Shown: piece after piece, positions 55,904-64,000 of the stretch | How positions within the stretch are numbered: position 1 is the first letter of the stretch | Layout of the letters: each line of letters opens with the position of its first letter | Source of the DNA: an uncultured Thiomicrospira sp. | GTDB lineage: Bacteria; Pseudomonadota; Gammaproteobacteria; CAKMZV01 | Reading direction: 5' to 3' | Length of the DNA stretch: 64,000 bases | Assembly: GCA_965195345.1 (NCBI GenBank) | Contig: OZ239628.1 | Coordinates: 352,001-416,000 of the forward strand | The notes under the pieces: model-generated | Told to the model about the DNA's origin: nothing | Database searches by the model: none | Seen by the model: only the letters and a program-made list of their open reading frames with translations | Translations under genes and position numbers: made by a program

Positions 55904-55932
55904 AAAATCAACTTCTGTGAAGATTGATTTTT
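55904..55932 (+). terminator. Hairpin with U-tail between the motA-like and motB-like genes
   Basis: AAAATCAA-CTTC-TGT-GAAG-A-TTGATTTT(T). Confidence 0.4.
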
Positions 55933-55953
55933 CGTAACTAAGGATACGGCTTC

Positions 55954-56673
55954 ATGAATTCAGTTTTACGCAAAAAAAAGTCTATCAATAGAACAGATAA
56001 CCTTTGGTTAATAACCTATTCAGATGTTGTGACGTTACTGTTGGTTTTTTTTGTGCTAATCATCGCTTTTTCAGTCGTTGATCAATCTAAATTTGAAGTG
56101 ATTGCTGAAGCCATAAAAGCAAATAAGTTCGATGGGAAAAAGACGCTTCCTTTTCAAAAATTTGAACAAGAATTGCAAAAAATTATCGAAAAAAATGATT
56201 TAGAAGAAAAGGTTGTTGTAAATAAACAACCTCTAGGCGTTAGTATTGAACTTTCTGGTGAAAGTCTATTCCAATCTGGAGAAGCTATTTTGAATGCAAC
56301 GGGTAGCCTCGCAATAAAACAATTAGCGAAGGCTATAAAAAACATTGAATATCCTAACTATCAAGTAGAGATTGAAGGACATACCGATGATGTGCCAATA
56401 AATAATGAGAAATACTCTTCCAATTGGGAATTGTCTGTCTTTCGCGCCATTGATGTGCTTAAGCTGTTAACAGAGCAGGGAATACCCAATGATAAATTCA
56501 AAATAGCTGGTTACGGAGAAACAAAACCTAAATATTCAAATGAAACGGCTGATGGTTTACCTAATGTCGCTAACAGAGCTAAAAACAGACGAATAGAGAT
56601 TAATGTTTTTCGTAAGGAGCGGCGTTATAGGGAATCGTCAACAAAAGAGGAAAATCAAAACACAGAAAAGTAG
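55954..56673 (+). CDS. MotB/PomB-like stator subunit with OmpA-type peptidoglycan-binding domain
   Basis: TM WLITYSDVVTLLLVFFV with the conserved Asp; LFQSGEA, IEGHTDDVP, NWELSVFRA, GYGETKP, NRRIEI. Confidence 0.95.
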   Translation: MNSVLRKKKSINRTDNLWLITYSDVVTLLLVFFVLIIAFSVVDQSKFEVIAEAIKANKFDGKKTLPFQKFEQELQKIIEKNDLEEKVVVNKQPLGVSIELSGESLFQSGEAILNATGSLAIKQLAKAIKNIEYPNYQVEIEGHTDDVPINNEKYSSNWELSVFRAIDVLKLLTEQGIPNDKFKIAGYGETKPKYSNETADGLPNVANRAKNRRIEINVFRKERRYRESSTKEENQNTEK

Positions 56674-56733
56674 TTTTTATAATATTTTTTGATTTTTGGC
56701 ACGCATTGAGACTATTTTTAAGCAGGTTCTAAA

Positions 56734-58149
56734 ATGCAAAGAAAGGGTATGGGATTCATATTTAACCGAATAAATGCTCTTACTTTTTCTAGTATGAGAA
56801 AAAAAAATCCAATTCTACTGGTCTGCTCTTTTGTGGTGTTTCTCTCCTTCCCTATAAAAGCAACGAGCAATTTTCAACCTTCCCAATTGAGAACTTTGTT
56901 TAATCCTGCCGCTGAGAATCCATCAGCAGCAGTTATCTACAGTTACTTATTCAATGATAGTGATATCGGGTTGCAAGTATATGGAGAAGCGCAAGGACTA
57001 GTAGAAAACACCATAGATGAGAATCAACTTCTAATGGAGTTGAACGGTATTATAAATTCTAATATTGGCGTTAATTCTATTAATCAATTTGAAACACAAA
57101 TAAATAATTTCCTTAGAACTACTCAACCTATTCTTCGTGGTAATGCAAACGCAATCCTCGCTTTTCGAAAAGGATCAAATACAAAAAAAACTGCTGTCAC
57201 TCTTAGTTATGATGATAGTCTCTTGTACTATCAACAATTGCGATTTATCAATGGCGTTGATGTTGATGTGCCGGCAGTAACAGCCTTAATTGCGGGCAAC
57301 ACGACCATTGATTCTGCAGATTTTTTGAACGCTATTGATACTGATGTGGGCATTAATAATACATTGGCACGTATCAGAACGTTCAGCTTAGGATATAGCC
57401 ATCGCTACACGATTAATCCAATAATTAAATTCAGCTATGGTGTGCGTTTTAAAGCACAATCGGCATCTATTTCTTCAAACTTGGTGGACTTTCGAACAGT
57501 TATATCCACGACCAATGAGGTAGTTCAGTTAGAAAGTGCTGATATATTTGGAAATTTTGACACAGCAAACGAGCATATATATGGTAATGTTGATTTAGCT
57601 CTAACATTGCATGGAAGACAATATTTTATAAGCATATACTCACTGGATACCATACCGCAAAGGTTAGCATTACCAAGTTTTTCCGATACATGCGAGTCTG
57701 TAAATGATTGTGCTATATCAGCACTGTATCCAAATGGGAATGAGTTTTTTTATATCGACCCTAAAGTGCGTTTTGAATACAGCTATCTGTCACGACGCAA
57801 GCAATTTCGCTTTAGCTTTTTGTACGATATACTCCCTTGGAGAGATGGAAGTACTGCCGAGCGCCAACTGCTAACTATCCATACTGAAATTGCGACGACT
57901 AAGCGAAACACTAATAGACCCTATTGGGGACATCCCTCCCCTTCGATAAGGCTATCTGCTTTTATAGATGATGCTTCTTCTTTCGTGAATGATACTCTTA
58001 TTCAGACAGGGTTCAGTGCATGGTTTATAGATTTAAACTTCACATTTGGCTTTAGAAAACCAGGTATATTAGTCTCTAGACCATCTAGAATTGAGAACAG
58101 CAGGACACTTCTACGCGGCATTCAGTTGGGAGTTAACGTTGATTTTTAA
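56734..58149 (+). CDS. Putative outer-membrane beta-barrel protein, TraF_2-like
   Basis: Signal peptide ending PIKA; LFNPAA near the mature N-terminus; amphipathic strands such as TFSLGYSHR and FSYGVRFK; C-terminal GVNVDF (BAM-type terminal Phe). Confidence 0.55.
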   Translation: MQRKGMGFIFNRINALTFSSMRKKNPILLVCSFVVFLSFPIKATSNFQPSQLRTLFNPAAENPSAAVIYSYLFNDSDIGLQVYGEAQGLVENTIDENQLLMELNGIINSNIGVNSINQFETQINNFLRTTQPILRGNANAILAFRKGSNTKKTAVTLSYDDSLLYYQQLRFINGVDVDVPAVTALIAGNTTIDSADFLNAIDTDVGINNTLARIRTFSLGYSHRYTINPIIKFSYGVRFKAQSASISSNLVDFRTVISTTNEVVQLESADIFGNFDTANEHIYGNVDLALTLHGRQYFISIYSLDTIPQRLALPSFSDTCESVNDCAISALYPNGNEFFYIDPKVRFEYSYLSRRKQFRFSFLYDILPWRDGSTAERQLLTIHTEIATTKRNTNRPYWGHPSPSIRLSAFIDDASSFVNDTLIQTGFSAWFIDLNFTFGFRKPGILVSRPSRIENSRTLLRGIQLGVNVDF

Positions 58150-58163
58150 AAGCGATATTCTTA

Positions 58164-58751
58164 TTATTTTACAGAATCGATTAATTCCATTAAATTGCCT
58201 TTATGCATTCTAATTTCATCTTCAGATAAGCCGACTAATTCGTGAGGGAATACTAGCCAGTCGGTTGTTTTATGCACGTGAAAATCGGGTTCAATAACTG
58301 TTTGATTATTATTTGGTTTGTAATAAGCAGTGGCAATCTTTATTTTGGGAGTGTTTTTTCGGCAATGAAGTTTGATGTCATTTACCACCTGCTGGATACT
58401 CAAACCAGTATCAAAAACATCGTCAACGATGAGTAAAGAATCGGTATCATTAACGTTTTCAATAATATAGTGTAGGCCATGAACGCGGATATTACGTTCA
58501 CGCTCAGCAATACCAGTATAAGAAGAAGTACGTATGGCGATGTGATCGGTTTTAATGCCAAGATATTGTAGCAACTCCTGTACGGCAATACCGACGGGTG
58601 TTCCTCCACGCCATATTCCGACAATGTAGTTTGGGACGAAGTTGCTTTTGTGGATTTCAATGGCTAGTTGGTAAGAAACATCAAGCAATTCTTGGCTGCT
58701 TAAGTATACTTTAGGGACGGTTTCCTTGTTGTCTGGGTGGTTAGTTGACAT
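58164..58751 (-). CDS. Type I phosphoribosyltransferase (purine PRT-like)
   Basis: GIWRGG and PRPP-binding LIVDDVFDTG, WLVFPHE. The ATG at 58751 has a GGAG RBS. Confidence 0.88.
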   Translation of the reverse strand: MSTNHPDNKETVPKVYLSSQELLDVSYQLAIEIHKSNFVPNYIVGIWRGGTPVGIAVQELLQYLGIKTDHIAIRTSSYTGIAERERNIRVHGLHYIIENVNDTDSLLIVDDVFDTGLSIQQVVNDIKLHCRKNTPKIKIATAYYKPNNNQTVIEPDFHVHKTTDWLVFPHELVGLSEDEIRMHKGNLMELIDSVK

Positions 58752-58752
58752 A

Positions 58753-59364
58753 TTACTCCATGTTTTTTTTGTGCTGATTGTAAACAATAAGGCTATGAAA
58801 AATAATTTGGGCAAGTAAAGAAGTTATGATTTGTTGAGTAAAAGCAGAGATGATGCAAAATATAAGTCCACCGATTGCCGCACTCAACCATTCTTTGCTT
58901 GGGCAGAAACGCCAAAGAGACCAAGCTAAAGTACTGACTATGATGACTTTCCAAGAGGGCAGTTCATAGAACCAATTAAAGATGCTTGCACGAAATAGTA
59001 ATTCCTCACCAAGAGGAATTAAGGCAACAAATACAAAAATTGCGATAGGGTTTTTACCGCCACAAAAAACAGGTAACTTGAAAAAGTGAAATGAAAGCAT
59101 GAACAAAACCGCACCCAAGAAAATACCCAGCAGTAATGCTAATGGCATGCTCGAAGTGAATAAGTAATCTTCAAAGTCAAATACAAAGTCTTCGCGTGTG
59201 AAAAACCATGCAAAGTAAAACCCAATCAAAATGACGAAGCGCAAGCGCATGATAGAAACGGATAGAAGATCGCTTTTTTTACTAATTTTAGCCAACAAAA
59301 ATATTGCTAATATAAGCATTCCAGGTGTAAAAAGCCAAATTAGATTAAGAATTGTTTCGGTCAT
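58753..59364 (-). CDS. CPBP (CAAX protease/Abi) family intramembrane protein, divergent
   Basis: Multi-TM protein with GEELLFR motif 1; the later His motifs are altered. Confidence 0.7.
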   Translation of the reverse strand: MTETILNLIWLFTPGMLILAIFLLAKISKKSDLLSVSIMRLRFVILIGFYFAWFFTREDFVFDFEDYLFTSSMPLALLLGIFLGAVLFMLSFHFFKLPVFCGGKNPIAIFVFVALIPLGEELLFRASIFNWFYELPSWKVIIVSTLAWSLWRFCPSKEWLSAAIGGLIFCIISAFTQQIITSLLAQIIFHSLIVYNQHKKNME

Positions 59365-59486
59365 GAAGAGTGCTCGTTTTTGTCAAAGTATATTTTAAGA
59401 AGCTTAGTTATGAGAACCATAAGCACGACACCTAACGCTATTATGGTGATTGCTATGATGAATAGTGAACCGTGGGTGATAAGCAT
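59361..59486 (-). CDS. Small single-TM membrane protein (41 aa), not in the ORF track
   Basis: MLITHGSLFIIAITIIALGVVLMVLITKLLKIYFDKNEHSS. It fills the gap between trhP and the CPBP gene, and its stop overlaps the CPBP start (ATGA). Confidence 0.6.
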   Translation of the reverse strand: MLITHGSLFIIAITIIALGVVLMVLITKLLKIYFDKNEHSS

Positions 59487-59497
59487 AGGAGTTAAAC

Positions 59498-60784
59498 TTA
59501 CAAATAACGCGCTAACATGACAAATGGGCCGTTGATTTCGGGAAGTGGTAATTTTATAGTGACTCCGCCACCTTTTGCTTCCTCAATTTTTTGTCCCTTG
59601 TCCGTTTCAATGTGCTCTACATGAATATCAAAATTACCTTGCGGTTGGACTACTTCAAGGCGATCTCCAGTCTTTATTTTGTTTTTGGTGAGTACAGTTG
59701 CAATACCATTGTTGTAATCTGTAACTTCAGCACAAAATTGTTGCTGACGAGAGGTTGAATGTGAATCAACATAATTCTGATAGTCAGCGTTATGATGTCG
59801 CTGAAAAAAACCATCGGTATAACCTCTATTAGATAAGTTTTCTAAGTCGGAGATAAGGTTAGGGTCGAATGGCTTGTTTGAACAAGCATCATCGATAGCT
59901 TGACGGTAAGATTGGGCAGTACGGGCTACGTAGTAATGTGATTTAGTGCGTCCTTCAATTTTCAAACAATGCACACCAAGTTTGGCTAGTGCATGGACAT
60001 GTTCGATTGCGCGCAAATCTTTGGAGTTCATGATGTATGTGCCATGATCATCTTCTTCAATTGGAAGGAATTCACCAGGACGGTTGCTCTCTTCCAATAA
60101 CCACGTTTTCTGTGGAGGTGGACTAATTTCTTTGATGATGGTGCCTTTTTGTTCATCATTGACGCCTTCATGGACCTGATAGTTCCAGCGACAAGCATTA
60201 GTACAAGTGCCTTGATTTGGATCGCGATGGTTAAAATAACCTGATAAAAGGCACCGTCCTGAATAGGCAATACATAGGGCACCGTGGACAAAAACTTCCA
60301 GTTCAACTCCAGGACAGTGATCTTTAATAGATTCAATTTCGGTTAGTGAAAGTTCTCGAGAAAGAATGACACGTTCGATGTTTGCAACTTCATGCCAAAA
60401 GCGTACGCTTGCCCAGTTGACGGCATTGGCCTGTACTGAAAGGTGAATTGGAATGTCGGGCCAATTTTCTCTTGTAAGTGCTATCAATCCAGGGTCGGCC
60501 ATGATTAGAGCATCTGGATTACAGTCAATGATTTCCTCTATATCTTTAACAAACGTTTTAAGTTTAGAGTTGTGAGGTAAAAGATTAACGGTGCAGTAAA
60601 ATTTCTTGCCTTGAGCATGCACTTCTTCAATGCCCTTTGCAAGATTAGGAATAGTAAATTCATTATTGCGGGCACGCAGTGAATACCGAGGAGGCCCAGC
60701 GTATACTGCATCTGCTCCAAAGGCCAATGCAAAGCGCATGTTCTTTAAAGTTCCAGCGGGTGAGAGGAGTTCAGGTTTTTGCAT
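59498..60784 (-). CDS. trhP: tRNA 5-hydroxyuridine modification protein, U32 peptidase family (YegQ)
   Basis: PELLSPAG, GADAVYAG, HGALCIAYSGRC, CTNACRW, HGTYIMNSKDL, KIEGRTKS. Confidence 0.93.
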   Translation of the reverse strand: MQKPELLSPAGTLKNMRFALAFGADAVYAGPPRYSLRARNNEFTIPNLAKGIEEVHAQGKKFYCTVNLLPHNSKLKTFVKDIEEIIDCNPDALIMADPGLIALTRENWPDIPIHLSVQANAVNWASVRFWHEVANIERVILSRELSLTEIESIKDHCPGVELEVFVHGALCIAYSGRCLLSGYFNHRDPNQGTCTNACRWNYQVHEGVNDEQKGTIIKEISPPPQKTWLLEESNRPGEFLPIEEDDHGTYIMNSKDLRAIEHVHALAKLGVHCLKIEGRTKSHYYVARTAQSYRQAIDDACSNKPFDPNLISDLENLSNRGYTDGFFQRHHNADYQNYVDSHSTSRQQQFCAEVTDYNNGIATVLTKNKIKTGDRLEVVQPQGNFDIHVEHIETDKGQKIEEAKGGGVTIKLPLPEINGPFVMLARYL

Positions 60785-60823
60785 AGTAATGGTTAGAAGG
60801 GTAAGAGGGAAGCTATATGATTG

Positions 60824-61429
60824 CTATTTAAAACTATCCAAGATAGACTTCAACTCCTTTGGATTAGGGTTCGTATGTTTCAAATTATTAAAGATACCTT
60901 TTAGTTGATCGCAAGCACTTTTAAAATCGGCGTTAATTATTAAGTAGTCGTATTTTGTATGGTTTTTAATCTCATTACGCGCTTCTTGTAAACGTCGTGA
61001 TATGACATCAATCGCATCGGTAGAACGCGCACGTAGGCGAGTTGCTAAAGTTTGAAAATTAGGAGGGATGATGAAAATACTTTGGGTATCACTTTTCTTT
61101 GAGCGAATTTGATCCGCGCCCTGCCAGTCAATTTCAAGTACAACATGCTTACCATTATCTAAGTTTTTTTCCACAGTGCTTCGTGCAGTGCCATAAAGAT
61201 TACCAAACACATAAGCATATTCCAAAAAAGCATCTTGTTCGATGAGTTCTAAGAATTTTTGTTCATTAACAAAGTAGTAATTTTCGCCATCAGTCTCATT
61301 ATTGCGAATAGGTCGAGTCGTGTGAGAAATAGACAAAACCGTATTGTTCAACTCACTAAGAGCACTTGCAAGAAGGGAGGATTTGCCTGTTCCAGAAGGA
61401 GCAGATACTATAAAAAGTGTCCCTCGCAT
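60824..61429 (-). CDS. gmk: Guanylate kinase
   Basis: SAPSGTGKSS, SHTTR, YGT, LEIDWQGA. Confidence 0.97.
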   Translation of the reverse strand: MRGTLFIVSAPSGTGKSSLLASALSELNNTVLSISHTTRPIRNNETDGENYYFVNEQKFLELIEQDAFLEYAYVFGNLYGTARSTVEKNLDNGKHVVLEIDWQGADQIRSKKSDTQSIFIIPPNFQTLATRLRARSTDAIDVISRRLQEARNEIKNHTKYDYLIINADFKSACDQLKGIFNNLKHTNPNPKELKSILDSFK

Positions 61430-61443
61430 ATTCTAAAAAGGAG

Positions 61444-62568
61444 TTATATGGTCATCGGCATGATGACGTGCTGCAAGTGTACATCATCATCTTTTTCTTC
61501 AATAAGAACGCTGGCAGTGGGCGTGGATATTTTTATATTGATGATGGGTTGACTTAATGTGCTTATCGTTTGCTGTAGGTAGCCTTCATTAAAGGCAATT
61601 TCAAGATGTTCACCATCATAAGAAGCAGACATGACAACTTCGGACTTTTCCTGCTCGGCATTTAAGCAAGTTATCGTAGCAGTGTCGTCTTCTTTGGCTA
61701 TTAAGCGCACCTGCCTCGTAGAATCTTTGTTAATAAGCGTCGCCTGTTTCAATGTTTTTGAGAAGCTGTCGCAATCAGCACTGAAGGTGTAATCATTATT
61801 TTGAGGGATAACACCGGCGTAGGAAGGAAAAGAACCAACGATTAATTTGCTGGCAAACGTTAGGTTTTCTGTGCGCTTTAGCTGAAATGAAATGAAATTG
61901 TCACTGATTGAAAGAGTCAGGTCTCCTTTTTCATCTTCAAGCAATCTTTTAATTTCAGTGACTGCTTTGAGCGGAATAATAATACTACAATCGCTATCAA
62001 TTTCTTTTTCTAAAGAAGATACCGCACTTGCTAAACGATGACCATCGGTGGCGACTACTCGGATTTGAGTTCCTTGGGCTTCAAGTAACATGCCTCGCAA
62101 AGGCGCTCTGATATCCTTAGTTGAAATGGCAAAAGATACTTTATTGATAAGTGTTTTTAGTGTTTTCTTAGAAACAGTTATTGATTGATCAAAGTTGGTA
62201 AGGTCTAGCTGCGGAAATCCTTCGGAAGGCAAGGTTGAAAGATTGTAGCGTGCGTAATCAGTATGAATGACCGCTTGTGTATCAGAAAATTCAATGGCGA
62301 TGGTTTCTGCTGTGGTGCTTGACACGATGTCGAGAAGTTTTTGAGCTCCAAGTGTCGTATCAAATTTACCTCCAGCGATCTCTCCTTCAGGCATTGGTAG
62401 TTGAGCAACCATTTGCAATTCAGTATCTGTAGTGGTGAGGACCATTCCAGATTCATCAACTTGCAGTTTTACGTTGCCAAGGATCGGCAAAATTTTCACA
62501 CGATCAATAACACTTGCTATATTTTGTAGCACTTGATAGAGTGGCTTTCTCTCAAATAATAGTTTCAT
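61444..62568 (-). CDS. dnaN: DNA polymerase III beta sliding clamp
   Basis: LPILGNV, TDTEL, ATDGHRL, C-terminal VIMPM; directly downstream of dnaA. Confidence 0.96.
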   Translation of the reverse strand: MKLLFERKPLYQVLQNIASVIDRVKILPILGNVKLQVDESGMVLTTTDTELQMVAQLPMPEGEIAGGKFDTTLGAQKLLDIVSSTTAETIAIEFSDTQAVIHTDYARYNLSTLPSEGFPQLDLTNFDQSITVSKKTLKTLINKVSFAISTKDIRAPLRGMLLEAQGTQIRVVATDGHRLASAVSSLEKEIDSDCSIIIPLKAVTEIKRLLEDEKGDLTLSISDNFISFQLKRTENLTFASKLIVGSFPSYAGVIPQNNDYTFSADCDSFSKTLKQATLINKDSTRQVRLIAKEDDTATITCLNAEQEKSEVVMSASYDGEHLEIAFNEGYLQQTISTLSQPIINIKISTPTASVLIEEKDDDVHLQHVIMPMTI

Positions 62569-62576
62569 GGGTTAGT

Positions 62577-63902
62577 CTAGTTGGACAAGGTTATAAAAAG
62601 ATTGTTAAAGTCGTTCTCAAAATTGGTATTTTCTTTTCGCAATCGTTCAACATTACGACAAGCATGCAAAACAGTGGTATGGTCTCGAGCGAATGCATCT
62701 CCAATTTCTGACAAACTTAGATTGGTGAGTTGTTTTGCCATAGCCATAGCCATATGGCGTGCACGAACAACAGGTTGACGGCGGACTTTACCAAGTAAGT
62801 CGGTTGAGCGTAAACGGAAGTAGGAGGCAACGGTTTTAATGATTTGGTCCACTGATACAGCGCGCGAATGTGAAGCAAAAACATTATCCAATGCTTCATG
62901 AGTGCTAAGCAGTGTCATAGGTTTACCACTGAAGTCGTGGTAGGCTTTGAGTGTCGCAAGTGCGCTCTGAAGTTCGCGAACGTTCGAACGAATTTTTTGG
63001 GCGACTAAGAAAGCAATTTCTTCTGGTAGGTCAAGGGAAACTTCGCGAGCTTTTGCCTTAAGTATGGCTACACGGAGTTCGAGCTCTGGTGGTTTAAGCT
63101 CAATAGCTAATCCAGCTCCAAAGCGCGAGCGCAACCGATCACTAAATCCACTCAGATCTTTCGGATAGCGGTCACAAGTAAAGACTACTTGTTTATGACC
63201 TTCAAGCATAAGATTGACTATTTGAAAAAGCTCTTCTTGTGTGCTGGCTTTTTCTGCGAAAAAATGCACATCATCAATCAAAAGAACGTCAAAGCTACGA
63301 TAAAACCTTTTGAACTGTGGCATTGTCTTCTCGTTTAGAGAAGCGATGAAGTTAGAAACAAAACGAGGAGCGTGCTGATAGAAAACTTTTGTGTTTGTAT
63401 GGCGAATCATATGATTGCCAATTGAATAAAGTATGTGCGTTTTTCCTAGTCCAGAGCGACCATATATAAAGAAAGGGTTGTAAATGCTCGCTTGAGTGTT
63501 TTCGGCAATTTGTTTGGCAATAGATGACACCATAGTATTGGACTCGCCAGTAACAAAATTGCTAAATGAAAATTGTGGTTGCAATCCTGCTTCTTTAATG
63601 CGCTCATTGACATCGGCATGATTAGCGCGCGCTTGTAGTCGAGAAATTGAGTTTTCTTCAATATCTTCTTCGGCTTCTAGGTGTATGTGCAAAGTTTGGG
63701 GGCTTGCAGAGTCAATCGTGCTTTTTAGTATTTCCCAATGAGCATTGGCATGTAAGCAATCTGCGAAATGTTCGTTTGGAGCTATGATGTGAAGTTTATT
63801 TCCATTAAGCTTTGCTCTTAAGGGAGCGACCCACCGCTCAAAGTCATGTTGCTCTAACGTATTCTCAAGTAGCCTAACACATCTGTTCCAGATGTCACTC
63901 AT
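62577..63902 (-). CDS. dnaA: Chromosomal replication initiator DnaA
   Basis: YNPFFIYGRSGLGKTH, LLIDDV, RLRSRF, NVREL, RDHTTVLHA. Confidence 0.99.
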   Translation of the reverse strand: MSDIWNRCVRLLENTLEQHDFERWVAPLRAKLNGNKLHIIAPNEHFADCLHANAHWEILKSTIDSASPQTLHIHLEAEEDIEENSISRLQARANHADVNERIKEAGLQPQFSFSNFVTGESNTMVSSIAKQIAENTQASIYNPFFIYGRSGLGKTHILYSIGNHMIRHTNTKVFYQHAPRFVSNFIASLNEKTMPQFKRFYRSFDVLLIDDVHFFAEKASTQEELFQIVNLMLEGHKQVVFTCDRYPKDLSGFSDRLRSRFGAGLAIELKPPELELRVAILKAKAREVSLDLPEEIAFLVAQKIRSNVRELQSALATLKAYHDFSGKPMTLLSTHEALDNVFASHSRAVSVDQIIKTVASYFRLRSTDLLGKVRRQPVVRARHMAMAMAKQLTNLSLSEIGDAFARDHTTVLHACRNVERLRKENTNFENDFNNLFITLSN

Positions 63903-64000
63903 TCGTTCTCCTATTTGTTGGTCGGTTTTAAAAAAAGCCTCACGGTTTGCTTTTCTTTGAAAATATTATAGATGTCAAGTTATTTTTATATTTCTAAAAC

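Noticed and set aside
52928-56673. Calling the FliG/MotA/MotB genes an ordinary flagellar cluster
   Set aside because: No other flagellar genes flank them, the FliF part lacks the first TM and RBM1/RBM2 and is fused to FliG, and the neighbours are non-flagellar OM proteins.
55108-56673. Zorya (ZorAB) anti-phage system or ExbBD/TolQR
   Set aside because: The A subunit has no long ZorA tail and there are no zorC/D/E genes. Its motifs are flagellar-stator-like, the B subunit has an OmpA domain unlike ExbD/TolR, and a FliG partner is adjacent.
56734-58149. Conjugative element suggested by the TraF-like gene
   Set aside because: No relaxase, VirB4/TraC, coupling protein or integrase in the window.
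63965-63978. TTGACA and TATAAT on the minus strand upstream of dnaA
   Set aside because: The hexamers are only 2 nt apart, so they cannot form one sigma70 promoter, and the window ends before more context is visible.

Overview
An AT-rich, gene-dense chromosomal window, most likely from a gammaproteobacterium (inferred from protein families and gene order, not from a database search). Housekeeping genes: partial mfd, rpmH-rnpA-yidC-mnmE, rsmI/lpoA/yraN, gltBD, msrA, pntAB, trhP, gmk, dnaN and dnaA. Catabolic blocks: putrescine/agmatine uptake with gamma-glutamylation, a purine/nucleoside BMP-type ABC transporter with xdhC, a dimethylglycine-dehydrogenase-like enzyme, and an NAD-dependent Fds formate dehydrogenase. 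I saw no intact tRNA, rRNA, IS element, prophage or CRISPR array. The standout is a six-gene cluster at 51104-58149 that looks like a stand-alone ion-driven rotary motor with no other flagellar genes in the window. It encodes an outer-membrane barrel protein, a TPR lipoprotein, a single polypeptide fusing a Sec signal, a FliF RBM3/beta-collar ring domain, one TM helix and FliG, a MotA/MotB stator pair with Na+-type signatures, and a TraF-like barrel. Secondary oddities: a COG1373/DUF4143 protein with degenerate catalytic motifs behind a perfect 23-bp palindrome, a broken-up dnaA/rpmH region, a tRNA-Cys-like 3' fragment after mnmE, a structured leader before sulP, and an unannotated 41-aa membrane protein. 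All domain calls come from by-eye motif recognition.
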